From Bugula neritina (Eukaryota > Animalia > Bryozoa): a stretch of 64,000 nt of DNA. The notes under the pieces were generated by a model that saw only the letters and a program-made list of their open reading frames with translations, made no database searches and was not told the origin of the DNA. The stretch is from the NCBI GenBank assembly GCA_964035545.1, contig OZ037765.1, positions 20,336,995-20,400,994 of the forward strand. The letters run 5' to 3'. Shown piece after piece: positions 11,201-24,400 of the stretch (positions are counted from its first letter, which is position 1; every line of letters begins with the position of its first letter). A program made the position numbers and the translations under genes.

Positions 11201-14200
11201 AATTCTAGTCAATAGAATTATCTTCATCGCAATGCAGGCTGCCTTAGCTTAGTGACCTAGAAATGAAATCACAAAAATTACAGCATATTTCTATATCAGA
11301 AGGTTATTTTTGTGTCTCTACAGGTGAAGCTGAGACCAGTGTTGTGGGGAATGCTTCTTAACTTCATCTTTGCTTTGATCATCCTGAAAAGCAAAGGGGG
11401 TTCAGAATTCTTCAAGCTGCTGGCTGACCAAATTACAGCCTTTCTAGGTTATACTAATGCTGGTGCTAAATTCATCTTCGGATCTTATTCGAACTCCTAT
11501 GATTACACGACTGTGTTTGCCTTCTCTGTAAGTAAATGGATCGATTTTATGATTCCATCTGCCAGTTATTGCAACTCTCTATTTTCATTATCTAATGCTG
11601 CCTCTGTGTAAGCATATCACCTGATGAAGGATAGTCACTTCAAACAAAGTGTTATTAAACAATATTTTTGTTATATAATTCAGTAAATAACATTTTTGCT
11701 TATACTCAATAGTAAACTATGATAGTTATTTTGTAATCAGGAGTCTATTAACTACTATGATTGTTTAGATATTATTGAATTATAGTAAAAATGTTACGAT
11801 AGACTGCGTAGTTTTATATATTTACAGGATTTGTGTATCTTCCGCTTAATGATTCATGTATGCGGGTGGGCTGACACTGTAGCCTGATATTGCTGTCTAG
11901 TAGTTGTAAGGAATAATCTCCCACGCTCATGCAAGTTTATAGTGGCCATCCCTGTGAGAAATCCCTGATGAAAAGGGTTATTTTAAAACAGGCTAAGGAA
12001 TTTTTCTAATGTGGCACAGGAGCAACTATGACTGGATGATTTTACTAACCACTGACTTGGTGTTTACTAGACCTACACTCTAACCACTCTGTTCTCTTCA
12101 CTCTCCTGCATTACTGACATTGGTTGCTAATTTGTGTAATATTGTATTAACATTTGAATGGAGGTAGTATTTGGCTGTTGAGCAGTGCTTGTCCTTTTGT
12201 CAGGAGCGAGATTTTTGTGTGACGAAATTCAAGTTGTAAAGAAATCTTCTTCAAATGATGAACTGATTTTAAATCCAAGCTGGCTCGAAACAAAGCACAG
12301 TCATGATTATTTACCAAGGCATAGTTATGCATTATGATTTTATCACCAGCCTATTCACTGTACATATGAGTATCAAGTATCACTGAAAATGGAATCCTAA
12401 CCCCTCCTTAAAGCCTTTTCTTCCTGAAGCTCTCAAGTAGCAATGCATCCAACTAGTTAGCAAGTCAGTTCCACACTAATTCTTTATTTACACTGGTGTG
12501 TCCCCTTATATTAGTATGGAATAATCTCAACTCAACTCCTGCAAACTGTTGGTCATAGTTTTCAGTGTCCTCCATATTTATGATCATATTTCCTTAAATT
12601 TTTCCTTCATTCAGGTATAAACCGCAAGCTATTTACCAAATACGTAGAATCTAGTAAATTTAGTTTTATACTTTTAAACAGCAATGATCGATTAACAATA
12701 CTTAGATTTAAACTTGTATTGTCATTGTAAAACTCCAGAGTAGTTTTAAATGTAATTTTCGACATTTTCACATAGTCAATGTTTATACTGGTTTTCAGCA
12801 TTTTAAGTTACCAATTTTCACGCAAGCCTACAATATATTTATAATGTAATATCTGTTAATAAACTGTTTTCTTGTAGATCCTGCCGACCATTGTGTTCTT
12901 CAGCTGTGTCATCTCCCTCCTATACTACATAGGTGTCATGCAGGTTGTGATCGAGAAGATAGCACTGGTAATGCAGCTCACTATGGGAACCTCGGCCACG
13001 GAGTCACTCAGCTGCGCTGGCAACATATTCGTAGGCCAGGTGGGTCAAACATAGTCAGCCAGGTCGGTTATACATAGTAGGCTAGGTGGGTTAAAAAATA
13101 GTTTTTAGAAGTTTATAGTTGTCGTTCATGCACAAGAAATATTGATACAAAAGTTTTTAATATATTCAGTTATGCATAAAGCATGCTATATATTCTATTT
13201 AATAAAGTATTTTTCCATCTGATTTATGATCGGCATATTTATTTCGTGAGCTACACCCCATTGTTTGCTGATATGTAGAGATAGCAGGTCACAACCCAAA
13301 CTCTCATAAAAGTATCATGTTGTGTTATTTATTAGACTGAGGCACCAATACTGGTGAGACCCTTCCTACCTCATATGACCAACAGTGAGCTCACTGCTGT
13401 TATGACTGGTGGATTTGCTACTATCGCTGGAGGAGTTCTTGCCGCGTTTATCGGGATGGGTGTAAGTGTGACAACTCATTTAATACGTGTTTAGACGTCA
13501 CGGCTGCCCTTTAATACTTTGTGGGGAATTCTATCTTGCCTTCCAGTGATATTTCAATCTTGCTTTTGATGAAATGTTGCTAACAAACAACACACCATAT
13601 ATTCTTTTATTGTAGCCATTGCTCAGACATAGTTGGTGATTTTTGTAAATTGACAGAAATTATATTTACTTAGTGAGATAGTTTATTGGACTAGAATCTT
13701 GTAAGCTGGCAACTAGCATGAAGTTCAATCCTTTGAACATGCACTGTTTAATGTTTCATTCTGGTTCAGATTGACCCTGTGCATCTGATAGCTGCCTCAG
13801 TGATGAATGCACCAATGGCATTGGCTGTTTCAAAGCTGACTTATCCTGAAACAGAAAAAGCAGAATACGTGACTGGAGACAAGATCCAGTTTGCTAAGCC
13901 GTAAGAACAAGTTATATATCAACACATCTTGATGTTAAGCTTTAGTTTAGCCTGTCTAGGTAGGCATTACACTATAATATAAGACATACCGGGAACATAT
14001 GCTGTTGATAAATCTAGAAAAGTTTGTAAGTTGTTGGAATGTTATTAGATTAAATGTACTTTTTCTATTAAACTGCTTGTTATGACTTACACATTGTGTA
14101 AATTTAGGACATGGTTTTAATATAAGCTGAGATGTTTTACATTTACTACTCAAAATACTTCAAATATGTTTAGTATGTCCTATTATACACACCTGCAGCA

Positions 14201-17200
14201 TCAAAGAGTGATAACAGACAGCTAATTAATAGTTTGCGTAACTTTTTGCACAAACAGACTCTGGCTGTTTTTAATATATGAAGAAGTAATAATCTTAACA
14301 CCAGGAAATACATATATAGATATTGTGTGGGTTGTTAACATCTTTAAATGCTTAGCTGTGTACAACAAGTAGGAATTAGATTAAGACTGTTTTCTGCCAT
14401 ATGACATTTAACAGCATGATATTATGGCTAGTCTTCTAAATGTCAGAACAGTGAGCCGTTTCTATCACACAGTGAAAATATTTGACAGTAGAATTCTATC
14501 TTCTAGTTCTAGAATGGTTTGTGTGTAAGAGCTCTATGTAGACGTTGATAGTATACTCTGCTCAAAATAAGTGTAAGGTTGCTTTTATTGTTTGCTAGTG
14601 TTAGAGCAAGCTGTTTTAAGGACAGTTGGTGCCCTGATAATCCACTGATATTCCGCTGCGTCTTTCTGCTATAAAATTTGTACATTCTTTTTTAAAGTAT
14701 GTTTCTAATGAAATCTAATACAATTTTTTAGAGCTTTTTTTCTAAATTATGGTGGGGAATTGGTGTTGGGACCTTTTCAATATGAAGTTTACTTTTATTT
14801 AGTTAGTTTCACCATTCTTTGAAAACTAAGAAATAATATAGTAACTTGAGCTTTTCTCCAGTTGTTCCACTGATACCAAAGGTTAGTTAACTGTTCCACT
14901 CTGTAATAACACCTGCAAAAATGCTTTTGCAGTTATGAAATATTACAGTTATTTTTATTAATGGTGTATTTGAGTGCAATTTTTATTCTAATGCTGATAA
15001 TGGTGACTACAGCTAATAGTATGTATTATATTGTAGTACAGAATAGCTAATAGTATATAGCATGTTATAGTATAGAACAGCTAATAGTATGTAGTACATT
15101 GTAGTACCATATAGCTAATAGTATATAATATATTGTAGTACCATATAGCTAATAGTATATAGTATATTGCAGTACCATATAGCTAATAGTATATAGTATA
15201 TTGTAGTACCATATAGCTAATAGTATATTGTATTACCATATAGCTAATAGTATATAGTACATTGTAGTACCATATAGCTAATAGTATGTAGTATATTGTA
15301 GTACCATATAGTTTATAGTATATTGTAGTACCATATAGCTAATAGTATATAATATATTGTAGTACCATATAGCTAATAGTATATAGTATATTGTAGCACA
15401 GAACAGAATGTCATAGAAGCAGCAGCTGCCGGTGCCTCCCAATCCATTGGTCTAGTGGCAAACATAGCAGCCAACCTCATAGCCTTTCTCTCCCTGCTTG
15501 CCTTTCTCAACGCTGCTCTGCATTGGATTGGCAGCTTTGTTGATTATCCAGAGCTTTCATTCGAGGTAGAGGCCTGTAGCTAATGAGGCTTCAAATTATG
15601 TCCCTTTGTGATGCAGCTTTCTGTTTTGTGTGTGTGGAGGGAAGAAACATGCTCGTGTTTGTTTTAGCAATGAAGGCCAGGTAGTTGTTTACTGTAAATC
15701 ATAAGTTTTTTTGTTCCACTCACTAAGTAAACAAAGTAAATATTAACATTGCCGTTGAAAACTAGTGGTATTTTTAAGCTGTTACTTCTATATAGTGACT
15801 TCCAATTTTCCAGAAAATTTACAATTCAGTTAAAGAGTATTTTGCAAATTGTTATTGTTCTAGGTAAAAACTGTATCATAGTTAAAAATGCAGTTGAATT
15901 TTAATTCTCTCTGCTCCAATACTTGCCAACTAACATTGTTACTTTAAAGTTTAAATTATCAATGTTTAGTCTTCCAATATGAATCCAGTTATTTCAATTG
16001 CCTTTAAAAACAGGAAGCTCAAACGAAAAAAACAATTAGATGGTATAACTGGAAAAATATTTCTACAATTGATTGGTTTGCACTAATATATTGATTGATA
16101 TTGTTTTTCTTGTTTATTGACTCTTTAATGCTAATTATTTGTAATTGTTTGGAGGTTGTATTGCATGAATAAAGTAATTCTTTGCTCTGGAATTCCGTAC
16201 TCAAATCCTATACAAAACTAATGAACTGATGTTTATTTTATGTTTTCTGTAGTTGATTTGCTCATACCTATTCTGGGTTGTTGCGTACTTCATGGGTGTA
16301 GACCGGAAGGATTGCTTCACAGTAGCAGAGTTGATTGGCACTAAAATTGTAATCAATGAGTTTGTTGCATATGAAAAACTGGGTGATATAATCAAAAACA
16401 AGGCAACATGTGTGGAGCCTTACATCAGTGTAAGTAATTGAATGTAATAGTTATGCGTAATATAGTCAAGTAATTAGTAGTGGATAAAAAAGTCAATAGT
16501 ATGAACATGCATATAGTGCACCTAGATGTAAAGAGTTCGTGAATCTAATCAAGTGCCACTTGTGAAATTATCATATAAAATGTCTTCTATTTGCTAACTA
16601 ATATGCTTAAGCATTTTTGGATTGTAATTTCTATTCGGATAGAATCTATGTTATGGATATTATCTGTAGCTTATTCATCCAATTTGTTGTAGAAAAAGTC
16701 TGAAATCATAGCAACATATGCCCTGTGTGGCTTTGCTAACTTAAGTTCTATGGGAATGCAGATAGGTGGCATAGGGGCCATGGCACCCAACCGCAAATCT
16801 GACCTGGCTAAGCTTGTTGGAAGAGCTCTATTTGCTGGTGCCGTGGCTACTCTCATGACTGCCAACATAGCAGGTTTGTCTTTCCAGAGAGAAGACAACT
16901 ATTAGCTGTTCTTCTTAAAAATAGTTATACAAGTTTCGTAATAAATGAATATTATATATATCACTGGTGTTACCAAGAAATGTACAAAGGAAAGGTGTAG
17001 ACAGTAGCTTAATTCATTTTTTCACTAAAGCAGCCAATTCCGTGCCTTTTATTCACCTAATATTTCAAACAGTCAACAGTTTATTTGCTTGGAGCAGTGC
17101 ATGTTGATTTTTGCCTGTAAATATTAGCAGCTGTGGCCTTTTAATTGAACATTTCCAACACCGTGGTTTTATCAGTTCGAGACAACAAACTTGTACTCAA

Positions 17201-17493
17201 AAGCAGCTAGACACTGCCATTGAAAAGCTTATTATGTAAACTCTAGGGAAAAACAGTTTTCAAATTTCTTATATGTTTTATTGGAATACTATTTATACAT
17301 CTTACGTTATTACTGTTATTTTTCTGTGGTTGTTACTGCATTGTGTTCGCATTTTATAGGTTTACTGCTCAGCGTTGAAGAAGATGATAGTTTATGTACA
17401 GGTAACATTACAACTCCACCTGGCTCTTACAATAGTACAGCTCTACTCAATGCTACAGCTATAGCTAGTGTAACCACTACCAGCTCACCCTAA
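8206..17493 (+). CDS. SLC28A3: Solute carrier family 28 (concentrative nucleoside transporter, CNT3-like), ~627 aa, 12 coding exons
   Basis: Exons 8206-8308, 8693-8829, 9272-9489, 10843-10984, 11324-11527, 12878-13039, 13336-13461, 13770-13900, 15397-15565, 16253-16429, 16693-16873 and 17360-17493 total 1884 nt in frame. CNT motifs present: [64 protein letters not shown]. The C-terminal tail has NIT/NST/NAT sequons. The paralogue label is by resemblance only. Confidence 0.93.
9537..9713. mobile_element. Tc1/mariner(pogo)-type MITE in SLC28 intron 3
   Basis: TACAGTGTTCCCTCCGTATCTCACTAA versus TTAGTGAAATATTGAGGGAGCACAGTA: ~27-bp imperfect TIRs with TA at both ends. Confidence 0.7.
11922..12088 (-). 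mobile_element. tRNA-derived SINE, degenerate copy
   Basis: Shares CTCATGCAAG..TATAGT.GCCATCCCTGTGAGAAA, CAGGCTAA, GGCACAGGAGCAA.TATGACTG and CTCTAACC with the full-length copy at 26793-27004. Confidence 0.7.
13031..13100 (+). repeat. 3 x ~23-bp tandem repeat overlapping the exon 6 donor site of SLC28
   Basis: GTAGGCCAG|GTGGGTCAAACATA, GTCAGCCAG|GTCGGTTATACATA, GTAGGCTAG|GTGGGTTAAAAAATA. Confidence 0.8.
15011..15404 (+). repeat. 12 x 34-bp minisatellite containing the branch point and acceptor of SLC28 exon 9
   Basis: Unit AGCTAATAGTATATAGTATATTGTAGTACCATAT starts at 15011, 15045, 15079, 15113, 15147, 15181, 15215 (27 bp), 15242, 15276, 15310 (27 bp), 15337 and 15371. The last unit supplies the acceptor TTGTAG|CACAGAAC. 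Confidence 0.92.
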
Positions 17494-20400
17494 ATAACAG
17501 CTGTTGGTGTTCACTCTTAAGAGGAGAGGGGACAACTCTTTGACACTGGAACATTTCGATTGATTATAAAAATAAGTTTAAGTAAGCTATATACTGTCAA
17601 CTATAAAAAAAGGCTTTCACATAAGTGTTCATTTATAAAATATGATTTAGACATCCCCAAAACATTATTTAGACATCCTTGCTCTATAATATCTTCATTT
17701 ATATGGTTTTGTTATAATTACCAAGGGAATTGAAATTAAAAATCATACTATAGACGTATGGTATCGGATGTTGGTACATTTAGACCCCCTCGTTTGCTGA
17801 ACAAGTTTTTAAAGGTAGTTAGGTTCATAGAAAAGCTTTAATATAATTTCCATGTATTTCAGTAAATACATGAGCCAACTTGAATTAGACAATTTCATCT
17901 ATGCCGAAACTCAGTTACAAACTTGACTTTTTAATATAGCTACTCCACTTTCATTCCAATAGATTTTCTGCCATGTTTTTAAATTACAGCAGCATAAAGT
18001 TCTTTTGGGTGTAACTGAAGCCATTATGAATCATCTCCATCCCTTATGAACTTTTTAAAACTATCTTTGGAAATCAGCAAACGTTGTAGTCTGTGATGAA
18101 ATGCCCGAATCCAACTGTTAAAATTCCACAATTTTTATGTGCAGTTTTGTGTCATGAAAAAGTTACGAGTTGCTTGCGATGTAGTCTATAGTAACTGTTT
18201 AATTTGACTCCAAAATTTTGTTTTCAACCTCTTGAGCTGCTTGTGGAATTGCCACATTTAAAAGTCTTCATTATTTGGTCATCTTTGATAACATTTGTCT
18301 ATTCTAAATATTAAACCTTTGGCATACATGTAGAAGTATAATGAATTTCTATTTTACGAAATGTCACTTGATGAAACACTTTTAGTTAGTAAAGTCTTAA
18401 AGGACCTTATTTCCTCATTTGATGCTGTATTGAATTTAAGTAACTTGTTCATATCGGCTACTAGAATCTTGTAATTTTGCACAAGTGATGTTCACATATC
18501 AAATTAAACATTTACAACTCTAATATAAAAACACATTTATTAAGTCTCACTAGCTATTAGCTTGTCAGTGTAACAGTACATGTTATACTTTTAATACATT
18601 ATATAAAAGCCATAAACTTTTTGACGGGAACTTCCAGTTTTTGTTAAGATGCTGGGGTTTAATTCTATATTAATTGCTAACTTTTTAATACATTTTGATA
18701 ATAAAAGTCTAGCTTTGTTAGTTTTTTATCTCAATAGCGGAAATTGTATAGAAGTTATTCGAGATGGTTCAAAATGGTTGAAAATTACTCACTTCTTGCA
18801 TAATTCTAGGTTTGTGGTTTGTTTCTAAATTTAAAATATAAATACAAAGTCTGAGTATATTCCAATTTAAATTCAAAATATGCGAGACTTGGAATAGACA
18901 TTAAATAAAAAACTTGCTACTTAAGTTCTTCACTAACCAATGACACTATTGGAAGGGGGTCAGTTGGTTTCTACCGTCTGATTTGGCTGTAAATGCAATG
19001 TTTCCTAAATCTTTCTTTTGATTTTTCCTATTATATTGGAGCTTAATGTTTTCTTTTATTTTAAGTACTTTTCCTTGCTTAGGAATCAAACTGTATGGTG
19101 CAATTTTGATCTTGGTCAGTTAAGTTTTAATATTTACAGTTAATCCTACTATTAGGCGTTCTACTCACTGTTAAGAGAACTATGTCATTTTTCTATAGTA
19201 TCAGCTTTTAAAATGTGATAATAATAATCCTCTTTCATGTAGCTACATCCTATTGTCATGTAACTTGTGACATATTTGAAAGTTGTCTTTCCTTGCATAA
19301 TATTTAGACCTATATTTCTAGTTTATATTCCTTCCATCAAATAGCAATCTTGTTAGTAGATTATATTAATGAATTCTATTCTATGCTGCATAATAACCTG
19401 CTTTTTAAGTACCCATATCTCTTTTTTTTCTGGACAATCTGTTTTATTGTATTCTATATCGGTGTTCTGTTAAATTAGTTTAAAATGTTTCTCAATTATT
19501 TTCTTTTTCGAATCTTTTTATTTTTCGTTTTTCTGCTTTCTGCTAATAAATTTCATTATGCATGAGTATTTAGCTGTATTTTAGAATATTTAATGGTTAT
19601 TTGCCCATAGCCATTAGGTGTTATGGTTAGACCTATATTGAAGCTGTACTTCAATCCATTCACTCAATGTGTAATCTTATCATTTATTTAATACTGCCAA
19701 GTACATATATTGCATGAGAGTTGTCTTCTCTAGTGGACTCTACGTGGCATAATGACAGAATGTATCAGTAATAATAGAACGCAGGATTATAATAACTATA
19801 TTATAAATATCTAAACACATTCAGTGCAAATTGGTAGCTTTCAATCTCGTGCATAAATGCATATATCGAGCAGAAGCTGTAAACACCTTAAAAATTGAAC
19901 CTGACCAAGTTTTTTGCGGTTGCGGTTTGCAAGTTGTGGTGAATGAAATATTTGTTGGTTAATACTGTAACCAAAATGTTACAAATTTATCAACTTGTAT
20001 TTATAATTAAAATAAACTTACCAGTTTTTTAGCAGCTAATGAAAATTTAGAACAAATATAAACAATAAAATATTACATTTTAAAAGTTCCCATTGACCTT
20101 TTGAAACAAGTTTCGTGAGCTAGGCTGACTTGCTAAAATGTTATTTTAAGAAATCAACTTTACCAAAACAGTTTTATTTCAACAGAGTTATATTTATCTT
20201 TCATGAAATGACAGCTGGAAAATTTATTTTTGTAACTATTGAATATCAAAAAGTTTATAGCTAATCAAAATATGTTTAGCTAAATATATAGTATATCATA
20301 AGAGAGCACTGTTCTTACTAGCCAGAAGGTATATATAAACTGTAAATAGAGATTTATTTGTCTTAAAGCAGTTATATTCGAAAATTAAATTGGAAATTTA

Positions 20401-21180
20401 AAAAAGTATTGGTTGTGATATTTCTAGTTTAAAATAGTCTTCACTAATATAGCTTAAGCTACTACTATAATTACTAATTGTACACATTAATACCAATTGC
20501 TAGAAAAACAAAATAAACTCCCCACACTATGTAATGGGCATATAGTTGCTTTTAATTGTACTGCAAAATCTAATTCTACAAGATATTACTATTACTTTAT
20601 TGCATGATAAGTTTGTTTTGAGTTTACAATAATAATAATTGTTGCAAAATGTGTTAAACTGTGCGTACTATTACAACTGAAGAGATTATTATATAGCTAA
20701 TTTATTATCTGCATGCATAGAATATAGAGCTGGTGGCCACAAGTGGAATTCTGCTGCTGTACTTCTAATAGAACCATTTTCTCATGGCTATGACAACTTA
20801 TCTATTCTAGCATTTAGCTGTAACAATTGCAATGCTTTATATAATTGATATGTTTTATATATGGTAGGCTACTGACAATTTACTACTAGGGAAATACCCA
20901 CCGTTTTAACAAAAAAATAGTTTTAAAGAATCCCTGACATACTTTATTTATGTCGTAATAAAATGTTCACATATATAATCTTGGATTAGCTGTTTGAGCT
21001 TTGTTTATGCGATCAACTAATTTTATTTTATAATAAGTTTTGTGCTCATGCTGGTATGAAGATTTGTTTGGTCCTGGAGGCCATGGTGTTTTAAACTTTA
21101 TACTAATTATTGTTAACTTTCATAATTCATCGCATATGCTATTCTTAGCTGCTGCAACACACAGCTTAGTCACTGAGTAT

Positions 21181-21497
21181 GCCTAGGGCCACACTGTGCG
21201 TATTTTCGCATGCGAAAATTAAAATCACAAGTAGCAAAGGTGTCCACTGTAGCGTCATTTTTAAATCGCACTCGCTTTCAATAAAACGCAATTTACTGGA
21301 ATTTAGCGATAAATAAAGAAATTGGGCTCGCTTAATAACTACCAGCCAATTAGGTAACGACGACAGAGACGATTCGCACCTGCGTTGAAAATGCAGAGCG
21401 ACAAGTGCGAATGTTTTTTCAACGCGCACAGTGGACACCTTTGCTACTTGTGATTTCAATGTTCGCATGCGAAAATACGCGCCGTGTGGCCCTAGGC
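21181..21497. mobile_element. MITE with ~70-bp terminal inverted repeats (possibly PIF/Harbinger-derived)
   Basis: GCCTAGGGCCACACTGTGCGTATTTTCGCATGCGAAAATTAAAATCACAAGTAGCAAAGGTGTCCACTGT versus ACAGTGGACACCTTTGCTACTTGTGATTTCAATGTTCGCATGCGAAAATACGCGCCGTGTGGCCCTAGGC. The superfamily is inferred only from the GG.CCACAC terminal motif. Confidence 0.85.
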
Positions 21498-24400
21498 TAA
21501 GAGTTTGAGTTTTGAAAGGGAGGAGTTGTTCCATCCTTAAATCTTATATAGTCTATAGCCTAACAGCCAAACATAGTAGTATATTGAACCACATAATTGT
21601 ATGCACTAATACTTACAATACTGCTAAGGAATTGAAGTTCTGGTAAAGAATGGTAGCAGGAGAAGTTGTCTACTTCCGATTACAAAAAAGTGCCCTAAAC
21701 CTAAACTTTAACTCAATAACTATAAACCACAAACTACTTACAATATCACAGCACTAGCTGTTAGGTATTATAGTTAAATTATAGTACAATTGATAGCACA
21801 TTTGCAGCTGCATTATACATAGTTGCTGTATATTATAATAGTAATATTTGAGACTGATATTGCTTCATTATAATGAAAAGTAGGACAAGTGAACATTTGG
21901 GTACTTTTATATATGCTTCTAAGCTGAAAATAAGGAAATTTGAAATGGTATAGTTGAACTTTGATATAAGATTAAGGATAACATACATGGGCTATATATA
22001 TCAGAAAGAATAGCTGATTACAACGACCTCTACCATGTGTTGATATAGTTATCTGTTGTAGCGACACAACATCCGCAGGGTAAAGTCTAAGCATGATTAT
22101 TATTGCTGCACCTAAAATGACCGTATATATAACACAATATACTCAGACAATTTAGCTGTAGTGGTCAAATACTTATTGGAAAACAAGCTTAGTAATTCCT
22201 ATTTAAAATAACTTTGATCTACATTCTACATATTTGTTTTAATTAGTGTTCTTTTCTACAGTTTGCTCTATTGACCTAATTACATTTTATGTTTCTAAAC
22301 TTGACTAATTAAATTATGTATTAGATTTACAAGATTGGTTATTTTAACTAAGCTTGCAGTGTGCTTAAAGTAGTAAATCTTTTAAATGGCTACACCTGTT
22401 TTAAGTGATGAAACAACCACATGAATTTCGAAATCCATGTAAAGAATTATTCAATGACAAAGAATGTTGCAGTTCAAAGAACTTCAATGATGCAAAACCT
22501 CGACACATTGTACAGAGCTATCGTAAATAATTAAAATTAATATAAATGTGTAATAATAAAAAGACATGAAGATCTATCAATAAGGATTGCATGTTGAATG
22601 GTGCATGGAAGCTTGAAAGGTGTGATTATTCTTTTATACTTAACTTCCGTTGTCATTTCTATTCCCATGTTGTAATGCACCTATTTCGCAATATTACACT
22701 CGTGGTGATTGTTTAGTTAAATCATTTTATTAGTCATGGTTGAATGCTTTTAAAAAGAGGAACATTTCCATTAGCATAAACCTTATCTGTTATCAGTAGA
22801 TTCATTGAATAGACAAACTTCATTGACTTTATATTCATGTTGGCGTGTAGTTTGGTCTGCCGTTATAGCATATCCATTTCCCAATATTTTGCTGCACTAG
22901 TATTGTAACACCTGAAAGCTGAGCCCTTAGCAACACTATACCTGCTTTCTGGATTACTTAGACTTCACTCATGTAAGTTCCATCTAAGTTTTAACAATAC
23001 TCAAATATCAAAATATTATGACTCAAATTTTTGTAACAAAAGGTAAGTCAAAAAATCCTTCAACAAGGATATATGCTTTGTCCATTGATCTTTCTTTATA
23101 AAGTACTAAGAATTGAAAGTCACAACTCGTGTATTAAAAGGGATTTTAACCCCTAGTTGATGCTTAGCTGCTTTTATTATATAGCTTGAGGTGTAATAAT
23201 TATAATAATTATAATGAAGCTATTTGTTCCATGATATGTGAGAGGTAAACATTTCCGTAATGATTACAAACCTAATTGCTTCTTTTCTTTTTATCATATA
23301 GTTTGTTAGTATTAATATTAATAAATTTATATTGAGTGAATCCAGTAAACATCTTTACTTTCCTAGCCCTGCTATAGGGTGCTCTGATATGAAAAATGCT
23401 TTATACTTTAATTTCCATTTTTAGATAAACACTTTTCATTCAGTTTGGTTGATTCTACGATCAATGGCTCAGCATTGTATACTGTGTTGCCTGGTTAATA
23501 TGAAATTTTGTTTCCCTTTGCAGTAATGTTATTTGTATTAGCTTATCTCATGTTTGACAAGATGTGTAATATTTAGCCCTCTTGTAGGCTTAGCATTCAC
23601 TGATAACACACTTGATGTACACAACACTTAACAAGGACTTGGGCTTGTCTCATTCTCTATTTCAATCTATTTTAATATATAACACAGACACACATTTTTT
23701 CATTTCGATTACTAGTTTGAAGGTGTACCGGCTAAAATTAAACATTACTTTTTCCACAAACATTTCTCAAAACTTCAGAAGATTTTACTTTCTTTAACTG
23801 GTTGTTATGCTTAAAAATTGACAATAAAATAAGGATGCATATTTTATTGAAAGTTCTATTAATTGGACAAAACTTATAAACCACAGAGGTTACGTTCTCT
23901 CCAGCAGTAACTTTTTACTATAAGCAGAGCTTTCTCTGCTGCCAAACAACACATTTTATAAGTTTTATTTATATTTTACTGATTTTAGTAAAATGTGTTG
24001 TTTTAGTGAAAGTGAACTACTAAAGCCTTAGAACCTCACGCAGTTCTTAGGGGTTTGAGTTTTAGCATCTTGCCTCTTACATAGTTGTATATTTCTAACG
24101 TACCCGTGACTTACATGCATTTATAACTGTATTGTGGATTAGCTGGATGTATGTATAATCACTATACATTATTTCAAACTTTAGTGAAATAGAGGCATAA
24201 TTTTTAAAGAAACTTTTTTATATAAATACTAGTAAAGGTGTTGAAAAAATTATTTCACGATTGCTACATATTATAATATTGTAGATACTAGATAGACTTT
24301 CCCCCCTCTCTAATGCTACTATGCAATAAATTTAATTAGCTATTATACTTTAGCAAATAATGCTGTAACTTGATTTGTCACCTTCAATGTTTACTTTGTT

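Noticed and set aside
21166-21534. 122-aa ORF
   Set aside because: Coincides with the MITE; no transposase motifs.
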